From Lingula anatina (taxonomy: Eukaryota; Animalia; Brachiopoda), in NCBI GenBank assembly GCA_051362555.1, contig CM120642.1:682001-746000 (forward strand): a stretch of 64,000 nt of DNA, written 5' to 3'. Shown here one piece after another: positions 49,001-60,190 of this stretch (positions are counted from its first letter, which is position 1; every line of letters starts with the position of its first letter). The position numbers were made by a program, and so were the translations under genes. The notes below the pieces were generated by a model. That model saw only the letters and a program-made list of their open reading frames with translations. It did no database searches and had not been told where the DNA came from.

Positions 49001-50605
49001 ATGAATCGCCTGATTCGACTCATCACATTTGATGTGAACAAAACCATGATCAAAGTGAGAGGAAGCCCAGGGTTACAGTATGCAAACATCGCCAAAGCCT
49101 GTGGGATAGATGTTGATGTCAACACCCTCGACACTGCCTTCTTGGGAGCCTACAAAAACGAAAGTATTCAGCATCCAAACTTTGGAAAACGGCAAGGTTT
49201 ATCAGACTACCAGTGGTGGAGTAACGTGGTACACAACTCCTTCCATGTGGCAGGGATTTTTGACACAGATCTTGTTTTGGTGGACATTGCAGATAAATTG
49301 TACCGGCATTTTCTTACAGCAGAAAGCTGGGAGGTCCTCCCAAACACTGTAGAAGTTCTAACAACGCTGAAAGAGAAAAACTATCTGCTGGGCGTAATTT
49401 CAAACTTTGACAGCAGGCTTCAGGCAGTGCTGGCAGCCCTTAGCTTGGATCAGTACTTTGACTTTGTAGTGACATCAGTGGAAGCAGGTGGGAGTAAGCC
49501 ACATCCTCAGCCATTTCAGCTTGCCTTGAAGTTAGCAGGTGACACATGTCTGTCACCAAGTCATGCTCTGCATGTTGGAGACAGTTATGAAAAAGACTAT
49601 CAAGCTGCTCGTAAATTAGGCTGGAATGCCTGCTTAATTTCCAATCAAAATGACACACATATCAGCCAAGCAGTTCAGCCTTTATTTGCTATTAAAGATT
49701 TAAGAGATTTGATCAGTTTTGTGGATGGATTGGAGAAGGATAAAAACATTTTGACAGATGAGAACAGCACGGTTAACAGTGAAAGCTCTTTGCCTGAGTC
49801 ATCAGAACAAAGCAAATGTGGCAACTCAAATGGGGAAGCTGAGGTGTTGGGAGCTGTTAATATGGAGACTTCCTCATCACATGATATTAGAAAGGAAGAC
49901 ACTGGGGAATTGAAGAAGATAATGACTTCTCCCTCAGAAGACCCAGTGTCTACAAGGATTGAAATACATGATACAGTTCCAGAGTCATTTGATGGAATTT
50001 CTGCTCTTGACTGTACTTCAGAGAATGGAGGCAAGGTAGAATTTTCTGATTTAAAAAGAAGTCAAATAGGAATGACAGAATTAAGTGACTTGGATGAAAC
50101 AGCAGTAAGTGACTTGGATAAAACAGAAGCAAGTGAATTGGATGAAACAGAAGCAAATGACAAAGAAAAGAGACATGGTAGCAAATCCAGAGTAGAGAAA
50201 TGGCTTCCACACCTGATGTGGATTCTGACCAGAAAGGAGCACCCAGTTATAGCCAGGTGTCCCAGCTGTAGGGCAACAATAAGGAAAGGGGATTTACATA
50301 TCGCCTTGAAAAGTCTTTGGATTCCTAAAAAAAATGCGAAAGAAGATAGGAAACCCATTCAGCGAGTGTACCGTTATTGTGTGCGGAGAAGGTGTACACA
50401 GTTCCCTCCGCAAGGCAGTGACGTCCCGGGTTTGGACGGCAAGGCCAGGATGGTGGATATCTATATTGACCCCTTGTTAGAGCTTACTGAGGAGGAGATT
50501 TGCCGTGTGGAGAAAATGGGATTTAAAACTGAGGAAATGCCTTCCAAGATTGGAATGAAAACTTTGCAGAAAAACAAGCACTTGGCCAAGTTTGAAAAGA
50601 AATAA
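49001..50605 (+). CDS. HDHD3: HAD-superfamily hydrolase, HDHD3/REG-2-like, with a ~290-aa C-terminal extension
   Basis: ATG directly after an acceptor (ttacag|ATG); motifs ITFDVNKT, HPNFG, GVISNFDSRL, KPHPQPF, HVGDSYEKDY, GW; the ORF continues through acidic repeats and a Cys cluster. Confidence 0.88.
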   Translation: MNRLIRLITFDVNKTMIKVRGSPGLQYANIAKACGIDVDVNTLDTAFLGAYKNESIQHPNFGKRQGLSDYQWWSNVVHNSFHVAGIFDTDLVLVDIADKLYRHFLTAESWEVLPNTVEVLTTLKEKNYLLGVISNFDSRLQAVLAALSLDQYFDFVVTSVEAGGSKPHPQPFQLALKLAGDTCLSPSHALHVGDSYEKDYQAARKLGWNACLISNQNDTHISQAVQPLFAIKDLRDLISFVDGLEKDKNILTDENSTVNSESSLPESSEQSKCGNSNGEAEVLGAVNMETSSSHDIRKEDTGELKKIMTSPSEDPVSTRIEIHDTVPESFDGISALDCTSENGGKVEFSDLKRSQIGMTELSDLDETAVSDLDKTEASELDETEANDKEKRHGSKSRVEKWLPHLMWILTRKEHPVIARCPSCRATIRKGDLHIALKSLWIPKKNAKEDRKPIQRVYRYCVRRRCTQFPPQGSDVPGLDGKARMVDIYIDPLLELTEEEICRVEKMGFKTEEMPSKIGMKTLQKNKHLAKFEKK

Positions 50606-50784
50606 AAATATACAGAAGGAATTGTCTAGTAGTGAATGGATAGGTGCTTTTTTCTAACATTTAGGTGGAATATTTTTATCAAATTGATCTTCATTTGACA
50701 TGGAGGGACATTTCTGATAATTTGACAAATAACAGAGCATGTTACAATTATGTTTCAACTAATACAAAATTCAACTTACCTTAA

Positions 50785-51159
50785 AGATGCATACAAAGTC
50801 AATTTTTTGTCACAAAAACCAACCAATGCCAGCATATAGTTTCAAGTAGTGTAACTAAGAGAATTACCGAAAGGCATTGTTTAATTTTACCCAAAAATGA
50901 TGTTTGAACGGATTTTTCTGCTGGCATTCTGAGCTGTATGTCAATGGGGCAGGAAAGTAGGTCACGAAAGTAGGTTAAATTTACAACCAAAAATTTAAAG
51001 AAAGGAGCAGTCTAAAGGTCTTTTATGGCTGATCGAGTGATCTATTCAGTTTATCCCTTGGCATGTCGAATTTATTTGAGTCATATAAGAATCTAGTAAA
51101 AGTGTTTACATGTGTTACTGGAAATCCACGCTCCACCGATGCTCGGTTCATATGTACCT
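50785..51159. mobile_element. Non-autonomous Kolobok-like element
   Basis: TTAA|AGATGCATAC...TATGTACCT|TTAA; second copy at 20762-21131. Confidence 0.7.
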
Positions 51160-51988
51160 TTAATGGCTGTTAAAGTTTACAAAGTTATCTCCTTTAGAAA
51201 TTTGTCTCTTTAAGTTCGGTCAAGAGTTTGAGGTGCCCAATTTATATTGTCATTTAATGATTTCTTTAATTATAGATTCAAACATTAGAATTTTGATTAA
51301 TTAAAAATGTTATTACAAAGTTTTTATTTTAATTTTGCATACTTTTATAAACCCAATGCTTAAAATTTTTAAAAACAGGAAAACTTCTTTTCGAGTAGCA
51401 CAACATTTACAAAACAAACACATAATATGTGTTATATGTTATATAACTGAGTAAGAATCTTTATTTGCAAAGTGCTCCCTTTAAATGGAAGCTTCCATTT
51501 ACTTAAGTAAATGACTTTGTATGAAGAAGACTTTATTCACAAAACATCCGTGAATAAGATTATCACTTTAGCACTGACACTGGATACACACATCTCTTAC
51601 TTTGATAAACAGACATTTTTATTACTACAATGAGCCAGAAATGGTGGTATTTCTTCATGTTATGAAATATTTCTTCATGTTATGAAATAAAGTGGTCAGC
51701 ATTTCATAATGTATGCAAATCCTCATTTCATTACATAAATGTATGCATAAAATATACAAGTCCTCATTTCTGTCCATGAAACCTTAGAATTGAATTAAAA
51801 ATGCAGATGCCTCAGAAAAAAAAAGTCTTCTACATAGATTTTTAATTACTGAAAAACAATGTCATGTTTCTGAATTTTTTTGGTGAGTGTATATTATTAT
51901 TATAGGAGAGTGTCGTCATTTGTGTACATGTATTCTATGCAGAATCCTGGATCTGTCAATGAATATCTGTCAAATAACAAGATTTGCA

Positions 51989-53284
51989 CTAAGCACGAAT
52001 CTTTTTCTTTTTTAAGCGCTTTGCTATGACTAATGATGAGGGCAGTCTAGGTCCTATCATTCCACCATAGTCCTCACCTTGATATGACCTTGGAGCATTG
52101 TTTCTAAAAAACTTTCTTTTATGCTGACTGTTCTCTACCCTCTGATCACGATTACTTTTGTCTTTACTATGTCTGTTTAAAGGTTCCTGGTTCACCTCAG
52201 CATAATCCTCAGGGCCACAAAACTGATTGACATTTTGAGTGGGACTGAAATGTGCCTTTTCATTATTCTCCACTGTGTCTGTCTGCTTACTTTCTATGTA
52301 TTCCGTTTTATTTTCATTTTGTTCAGAAATTTCATGATCATGGATCAAGGGTTTCTCCGATTCTTCTGCCACATCTGTTTCTGACAAATCTGCATCTGTC
52401 ACTGACTCACTAAGTTCACTGGAGTCTGTGAAATGTTTTAGTTCCTCTGGCTTTTCTGAATGTTTTGCCTCCATTTGTTCCTTTTGGCCATCCCCCAACA
52501 ACTGTTGAGTGGAGTCTGTTATTTTCAACCGGGGAGAACCTTGCAATCGACCTATTTTCCTCTGGGGCTGTAATTTCTTCCAACTCATGAGAGGCTTGCA
52601 AAGAGATATATTCTCCAAGATGTTTTCAATATCAAAGTTTTTGATTAAAAGAGCATGGTCTAATGTGAAGTTGCCATAGCGCACGCGCCGTATTCCCGTA
52701 CAAGTTGCTGTTGTTTTGGCAGACATTCCGATGTCGTGGATCAGCTTGGCTAAATACATCATGTCCTCGTTGACAGAGTGCACTTCTAGAATTTTAATAA
52801 TCCTTGATGATCTTTGATTGTTTTAATCAGACATTTGCTACAGAAGCATTATAAGAATCAACCAAGACAGAATATAAGCTGGTAAACTAAATTAAAAAAA
52901 AAAAAACAAACAAACTAGGACAATTCTTTTAAAAATGACAATTAGTCTAATATATACATTAGAATATTAATCACATTTGTTAAAAATGAACAAGAGTAAA
53001 CTGATTTTTTATACTCTACTATGGCAGTTCAAATCATACAAACACGTTCATCTGCCAACAGTCTATCCTTACCCACTGTGAAATGAGGCGGCTTGAAGTC
53101 AATACACTTCACATTGTATATGATGGGTTTTCCTTTTTCATACAGGGGTCTCACCATTCCCGACACGGCCATGTTATATGCCTCTTGACTCTGGATGTCC
53201 ACACCTGTCAGACTAAAATGATACTTTTTCTTTAGAATTAGTTATTAGGATTCCCCATAGGGGAATACTATTGTTTTTGCTGTT

Positions 53285-53315
<31 letters not shown>

Positions 53316-54736
53316 TTATTTTTCATTAAAAAATTTCTTTCTAAAATTCTGAAAAAATTCATACTGATAGCCTGTGAAAAGTTATTCCGGTCCACCCAAT
53401 TTCATTGACCTTGACCTCATTTTCAAGGTCACAGAGCCTTTTAAAATGAACTTTTTGCAAATTTCAAAATGCAATATCTCCTAGAATTTTCAACATTTTG
53501 ACAAATCCTTTCAAAGGTGAGGTCACACAATAATTTTATATCATGTGACCTATATTTAGGAAAAGTAGGTCAGGTCAAGGTCAACTTATTGCACGATATG
53601 CTCTAAGTGGTTGGCATTCAGCAGGGGGTAAACCAGATGTCACAGAGCCACAAGGATGATGTAAAAAGTTGCCCTAGATATCTATCCAGTACAGTTGCTA
53701 ATAATATTGACAACTGACTGATTAGATTTTTTAATATAGATTTTTAAATATTAATAATTTCACAGAAATAGTGACTTTGTCAATTTCTCCATGAAATATT
53801 GATTTTTTGTGATAACATGGTATAGTAAACTACCCCAAACATATACCCAACACCCCCAAATCAAATGTCAAATTTGACCTTGACCCTCATTTTCAAGGTC
53901 ATTCGGCTATTTCATGGAGAAATATTGAAGTGGGCTAAAAGTGATGTTTTCTTGACCCCCCCCCCCCCCCATTCGCACATGCTCTTTCAGAATATGGGGT
54001 CAAATTTAACCCATGACCTTCACATGACCTTGTAAGAGCATTTCCACACCTATTTTGCTGGGGAATCCTCCGTCACTGGCTTCAGCCAGTTGCAGTCTAG
54101 TTATTAATATTATTTTATTTATTTATTTATTTTTTGGTGGGGGGGGGGGGGGGGGGGATAAGTATTTCCCCCATTTTCACAAAGTCAAAATCATCCTGGA
54201 AAGCATTAAATTTACAGGCTTCTAGCTGGGGAGGGGAGGGGGGGATTCTTACGAAATGCCCTTTTTGGCGGTCTGCTCTGGATAAAAAAATGATCTAAGC
54301 ACACAGGTTTTGAGCTAAACAGCACTTTTTCAATAAATTGCTGGTTATGGGCCTGAATTTGCAATCCCACAATCAACTGGTACCATTAAAAATAGTCTGG
54401 TGAATTAGTGTTCCATTGTATTAATTGAACAAAAAATGTTTTATTACAAAACAATTATTCAACACAAAAGTTATGTTATAAAGATGATTTTCGAGTATAT
54501 GTCTTTGTCAGCAATAGACTGGTGAATAAAACTTACAGGTATTGGTGTTTCTGATGGGCTGATTGAATCATAGCAATTACACGATCCAGCCTTGAACGAT
54601 TTACATGATCTGAAAATAACATATCAACAAAAGTAATTATTGATCATGTGCCAGCAATGTGGATGCTACTACTGTGTTAAACATTAAAATGCAAAAACAT
54701 TAAATAAAAAATAATTAAATAAAAGAGGCATGATAA

Positions 54737-54778
<42 letters not shown>

Positions 54779-57700
54779 AGGGGAGGGGTGTAAACTACCA
54801 AAACTCAAGTAGATTCTTTAAGTAGTCAAATCCCTGACATTGTATCTCTCTATTACTCTAAGGAATACATGCACAGAGTGACTAAATGTTATCATTCATA
54901 TAATCTTTGTCTCCAAGGAGCCATGATATATGACCTGGCTGCTGAGCTAAATGCCAAGATTGTTACTTTGGGAAGAATTATTGGACGGAAAAAAATATTT
55001 CCCTATAACCTTATCTTACTAAGTGTGCACTGAAAATACATCATTCAATAGTCTCATTAACAGACAGATTGCCTGAACCCTGAACATGCCTTTCCAGTTA
55101 CCTCTGAAACTCAGGGTGGTATGTGATAATGTGACGACAACATGATAATGTGATAACAGGGTATGTGATGTGACGACAACATGATAATGTGATAACAGGG
55201 TATGTGATAATGTGACGACATGATAATATGATAATGGTATGGTACGTGAAAATGTGGCGACAACATGATAATGTGATACAGGATACTGCGGTATATGGTT
55301 ACTTACACCATGTTGACTTCTCAACAAGCCGGCCACCTTCGGAGAAAGTTTCTGTGGCATAGCCCAGCTCCCCACTAATGTGATACACCTGCAAAATGCC
55401 AACAACAAGATACAACTGTCATACCTTTTTTCAGAATTTCTTGTCCAAAGATGGTAAAAAAGGGTAAATCATTTTGAAGAGACTTGTCATTGCCACCTAT
55501 GAGGCATAATAATTCAATGCATAACCTTTATCACAGGACTGACTTGTTGGTGAGCTTTAGGAGTAATTAAGGATGTTGTAGCAGATGGGGTTGGGGGGGG
55601 ATGGGGGGTTGGGAGGGGTGCAGGCCCTGATCAGGGTTGAGGGCCCCATGAGTCAGTCATGTGACCAAGGTTCTTTGATAGGTAATAAATAAAATGGTCA
55701 GTCTAGACCTAAAGATGTCATTCTGACTAATTCCGATTAAACTTACTCTTATTCTGAAAAGGAAGAAACATGGCCAATGGAATATATATCATATTTAAAT
55801 AATGTCACCAACTACTGACAGTTGTCCAGGCATTGATTGATGATAAAAAATTCTTAGTTATACTGAAGAGTTGAGCAACCTTGGTCCCAGAGTTTTATAA
55901 TGCTAATTTCTGATATAGTTCTGCATAACACACTGAACAAACTAATTAACAAAAATAGATAAAAATTTTTCTGTTACTTTGACAATCAGCATTCAATAAA
56001 GGGAACCGGAGAAGACTGATTGTGCCCGGAAGTGACGTGTAGTGGTGTTAGAAGCCAAGCTGAGTGGTCATTTTAACCTGGAGGTGAACGGGAGAGAAGA
56101 CGTATAGTCGGAGGAAAAAGCAGTTTTCCAAACAACATGGTAAGATAACACTTTTTCTTCACGCATTTTGGGCAGAGAATACTTATAGAAATAATAGGTA
56201 CATGATATGAAAACGTGACACGGAACTTGAAGGTGCAAAATCGTGCTTAATTTGCAGTCAATTTGTTTTGAAATACATGCTGCATCGACCGCCAGCGTGA
56301 CAAAGAGCGTCAAGGGAAAAGAATTCCCGGGAGGCTATAAATTGTTGTCATGTGGAATTTTGGCATTTATATAATCTGATATGTCCATATCTAAGTATTT
56401 TTGGGTGTTTTGTGGTATGTGCTGCAATTATAACGATGTTTTAGAGGTCTTGAAGGACCTTGTGAAAACCAGGAAGTACGTAGTTGGTAACTAACAACTG
56501 AATCGTACCGATCTACGACTGCTGTGCAAAGATGCATCTTTTTTCTAATATTGTGATTTTTAGATCTTTATATGTCCATCTGACATCATATTCCACACAT
56601 ATGATCACACTAATACACCTTTTACACCGGGGTAGGCACTAATCTGACAAATGCCAAGACAAAGGTGACATTCTGATGCAGCATGTATTTAAAACAAAAT
56701 GACTGCAAATTAAGCAGGATTTTGCACCTTCAAGTTTCGTGTCACATTTTCATATCATGCACCTATTATTTAGAAATAACAGAACTACAAGTATTCTCTG
56801 CGTAAAGAAAAAATGTTACCTTACCATGTTGTTTGGAAAACTGATTTTTCCTCTGACCACACGTCTTCTCTCCCGTTCACCTCCAGCTTAAAATGACCAC
56901 TCAGCTTTGCTTCTAACACCACTTTATGTCACATGACATCATACTTCTGGCACAATTTTAACTAATTCTCATCTCTTCCGGTACCCTTTATCTTCAAGAC
57001 AATTTAATTTTTGACTTTTGGGAAGTATATTGTTGAAACTGAAGATTTCAGTTTCCCTGAACTTAAAATTACACATCAGGCCTGTAGCAAGGGGTCGGGG
57101 GGGGGGGGGGGGGGTCGGGGGGGGGGGGTTGAAAGAACCGCCCCTTTTGTTGGAAAAGGTCCACTCTGGGTAAAATTTGATCTAGGTAGGCCTACATGAA
57201 GGTGTTATGGGAAAAGGTCCACTTTTTTTAGAAAAAGAACCCCCCTTTTGAAATTGCTGGCTAGGGGCCTGCACATCATCCTGGATTTTTCATTAGTCAG
57301 AATTTAGAAAAAAAACAACAAAAAAAACAGCGTTTTACCTGCACTAGCTTAGCTTTCACCAAACGCTGCAGTTGACCACACCCATCAGCTATACCCATCA
57401 CTGCCATTGTACAAAGATAAAACTAAATTATTACAATGTCAACAATAATATATACTGAATGTAAAAATAAAATAAAATAAAAATGATCCAATTACTATAG
57501 TAAACTGCTTTTTGATTCCAAGAGGGGTTGATTCAAAAATTTGTAAGAGACTTCTAATTACTACAAGCTGTGTCCCCTGGTGTCTACTTACACTGGACTC
57601 CTGTGCCAAATTTATGCAGGGGATCAATAAATGACATCTTGATGTCTTCTTTCATCACAAAATCTCCTATCACTGAAATGTACAGCAAACAGAACCTTAA

Positions 57701-58319
57701 GACTTTTCATTGTTTCAATAACATTTACTTAAATGTCATGTTCTTTTTTTTTTCTTTTCTAATTAAAAATATAAAAATTAATAAGAAAGAAGCAAAAAGA
57801 AAAGAAAAAACTCAAACTCGAAATACCTCTTGGATGGTTTCTCAAGTCGGGAAGTGTGACAGTGATAGGCAAGTTGGTGGTTTCACTGACACTTGGTAAT
57901 GTCACTCTACGCTTATCTAGCATTGGCCCTGGCAACAGACTTAGTTCTATGGAAAAGAAATAGAATGCAATAATCAACAAGGTATTTGGGCATTTTTTGT
58001 CAGTTCCTTACATTTAATCAAGAGCATTTTATTCCATAAATTATTTCTAATTTTTTTGGTTGAAAAATGATTAGGCTAACAGTTATCAGACTGAAAAATT
58101 TTGATCATAAATTGTCTTTTATCTACAAACAAGTAAACTACCATAAATCAGCAAGAACATACTGTATGCTATTCGTATTTTTATTATATCCTAACCTTTA
58201 TGAAGTTTAAACTTCAATTCATTGACCAAATGAAACATGTGCTTGGCCTTAGGTTTGTATATACAAAACACCCCATTCAGTGCCCCAAAGGCATCTACTG
58301 CACCCCTTATGACTGACAT
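51989..58319 (-). CDS. TRUB2: TruB-family pseudouridine synthase 2 (mitochondrial type); exons 58319-58196, 57946-57827, 57672-57592, ~57400-57339, 55388-55307, 54609-54537, 53212-53073, 52785-51989
   Basis: Spliced frame: LNGVFCIYKP, DLRNHP, VYHISGELGYAT..GRLVEKSTW, RLDRVIAMIQSAHQK, DIQSQEAYNMAVSGMVRP, FKPPHFTVEV, LIHDIG..AKTTATCTGIRRVRYGNFTLDHAL; phases consistent, all GT-AG. Confidence 0.92.
53242..54100 (+). mobile_element. Helentron-associated non-autonomous element (DINE-1/HINE-like)
   Basis: Subterminal IR GGATTCCCCA...TGGGGAATCC, (CTT)n microsatellite near the 5' end, TGACCTTGA repeats, 3' hairpin ACTGGCTTCAGCCAGT, end CTAG|TT. Confidence 0.75.
54743..54776. repeat. (TG)n microsatellite
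   Basis: Pure GT run. Confidence 0.9.
55113..55282. repeat. Minisatellite, ~40-42-bp unit x4
   Basis: GTATGTGATAATGTGACGACAACATGATAATGTGATAACAGG repeated with variation. Confidence 0.9.
56000..56987. mobile_element. ~1-kb MITE with long TIRs (Kolobok-like ends)
   Basis: AGGGAACCGGA...TCCGGTACCCT; ~56040-56285 is an inverted copy of ~56675-56930. Confidence 0.8.
57077..57271. mobile_element. CAGG...CCTG MITE, 5-bp TSD CACAT
   Basis: CACAT|CAGGCCTGTAGC...GCTAGGGGCCTG|CACAT; relatives at 15976, ~54215 and ~58474. Confidence 0.8.
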
Positions 58320-59009
58320 CACCTAATTCCTCTGGAAGAAAGAAAAATTTAAAAACTATCAAATATTTCATGAGTAAATCAAGTTTGCCCTAATATTTAA
58401 GAGTAAGACAACTGTGTGCACTGTCAGTGAGCACTAACCCGAGAAAATTGCCCTCAAAAAGAGATGCTGGGCTCAGGTCCATAGTCAGGAATTTAAAGGG
58501 GGGGGGGGTCTTTTTGAAAATGTGGACCTTTTACAATGAAACCTTCAAGTACCTACCAGTAGTCAAACTTTACCCTAAGCGGACTTTTCCCAGTAAAAAT
58601 GGCAGTCCATTCAAACACCCACGGTTATGAGCCTGACGCCAGTCAAAAATTTGAAATTACAAATAATACCACGGGTGAAGTTGTAAAAACTGAAAATCTT
58701 GAAACCATAGCTTGCAATTTCTCATCGCATTCGGACCATTTGAAAATTACGGTCAAAATGACAACTGAAAATCCTGAAATCAGGTAGAATCCTGAACACT
58801 TTCTACATGTAACCCTAGCCCATGTACATGTATACAGTGTATATTTTAAAGGTTATTTACAACAGTCACTATTGCATTTTAACTGGGATATCAAGTGTCT
58901 AATCACTTATGCTTTGACCCCAATAATTAAATATACATTCAGCACAAAAGTTGGACTGGACGTCGTTTCAATGATTATATCATAGCTAAAATACTGTCGC
59001 AATGTTTTA

Positions 59010-59377
59010 CCTGCAACCTGACCGCCTGGCTCGGTAGTGGCGTGTGAGGGACTAACTTTATAACCTTCCACACAGAAGAGCTACACTGAGATCATCAGTT
59101 ACAAATAGCCAAAACTCCACCGCACTTCCTTCAAGGGAACAATATTTTCTGTTTATGCAAACGACTCTCAGGTTATACAAAATAAGGTAATTTAACGACA
59201 TCATATGATTATTTACCGCATGTTTACTAAGCGGCGCAGCTATTACGCACATGCGCAGACGTTTTGTCGCTAGAAATAAAAAACAAATATTTTATTTTGC
59301 CACAAGCGGCCTTATAACAGGAAGAGGTTCCGCCATATTCACAAGAAGATAAAGGGGAGGAACTCAAATTTATCAAA
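59010..59377. promoter_or_regulatory. Candidate bidirectional promoter between TRUB2 and dynamin
   Basis: CpG-richer patch; minus-strand donor at ~59010 (putative non-coding first exon of TRUB2); NRF1-like CGCACATGCGCA at ~59246. Confidence 0.5.
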
Positions 59378-60141
59378 ATGGCAGGGAATACTGGGATGGA
59401 ACATCTCATCCCAATTGTCAACAAACTCCAAGATGCGTTTGCTTCTCTAGGCCTTCCATTGTCGCTAGATTTGCCCCAAATTGCCGTCGTCGGTAGCCAG
59501 AGCGCTGGGAAGTCCAGTGTACTTGAGAATTTTGTAGGAAGGTAGGCATTGATTTTCTTATATTTAAAACAGCATCCAGTCAGTTAATGATTTTCGCAAA
59601 ATGTAAAGAGAATTTGAATTTGTTAACAGCTATTGTGAAGGGTAGAAATATTTTTGTTGCATTATTTTACATTTACTTAATGATTTAGGACACTTTAGGC
59701 CCTCCGTTAATTACCAACTAGGAATATTTTTTCGTTGACAATTAATAAACTGACTTAATAATATAATCATTAATATTACGTTATTCTATTTTTTATTGTA
59801 TGGTCAAGAGTTGAGAACAAACAAGTCTGTTTCCTTTTTTTTTTTGGACAACATATGAGTACACATTTTTAACCCTCATTAGCCCATCTCCAACTATACT
59901 TGTCAAATTCACTTCCTCATAGCTATGCTCAAAAATAGTGCTACTAGCTCAGTGTCAGGTGCCCTTGCCCTGCCATTCATGGAATTCCTCTTTGATAGTG
60001 TAACACTGTAAAATGAGGCCGTCCGTTCTGTATGATGTATTATGAAAGCAGCTCTGTATGAATGCCATTGTGGTAAGTGTATCCACCTCTGGGTCTCTGT
60101 GATATGAGACCTTCCGTGAACCTGCTGCCCTCCCCTCCCCG

Positions 60142-60190
<49 letters not shown>

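Noticed and set aside
55113-55282. Possible CRISPR-like array, and ORF 55019..55408
   Set aside because: Head-to-tail minisatellite with no unique spacers, in a eukaryotic intron; the ORF is an off-frame read of a TRUB2 exon plus the repeat.
55307-55388. Apparent frameshift in TRUB2 exon 5
   Set aside because: Recounting the C4 run gives an open frame (ISGELGYAT).
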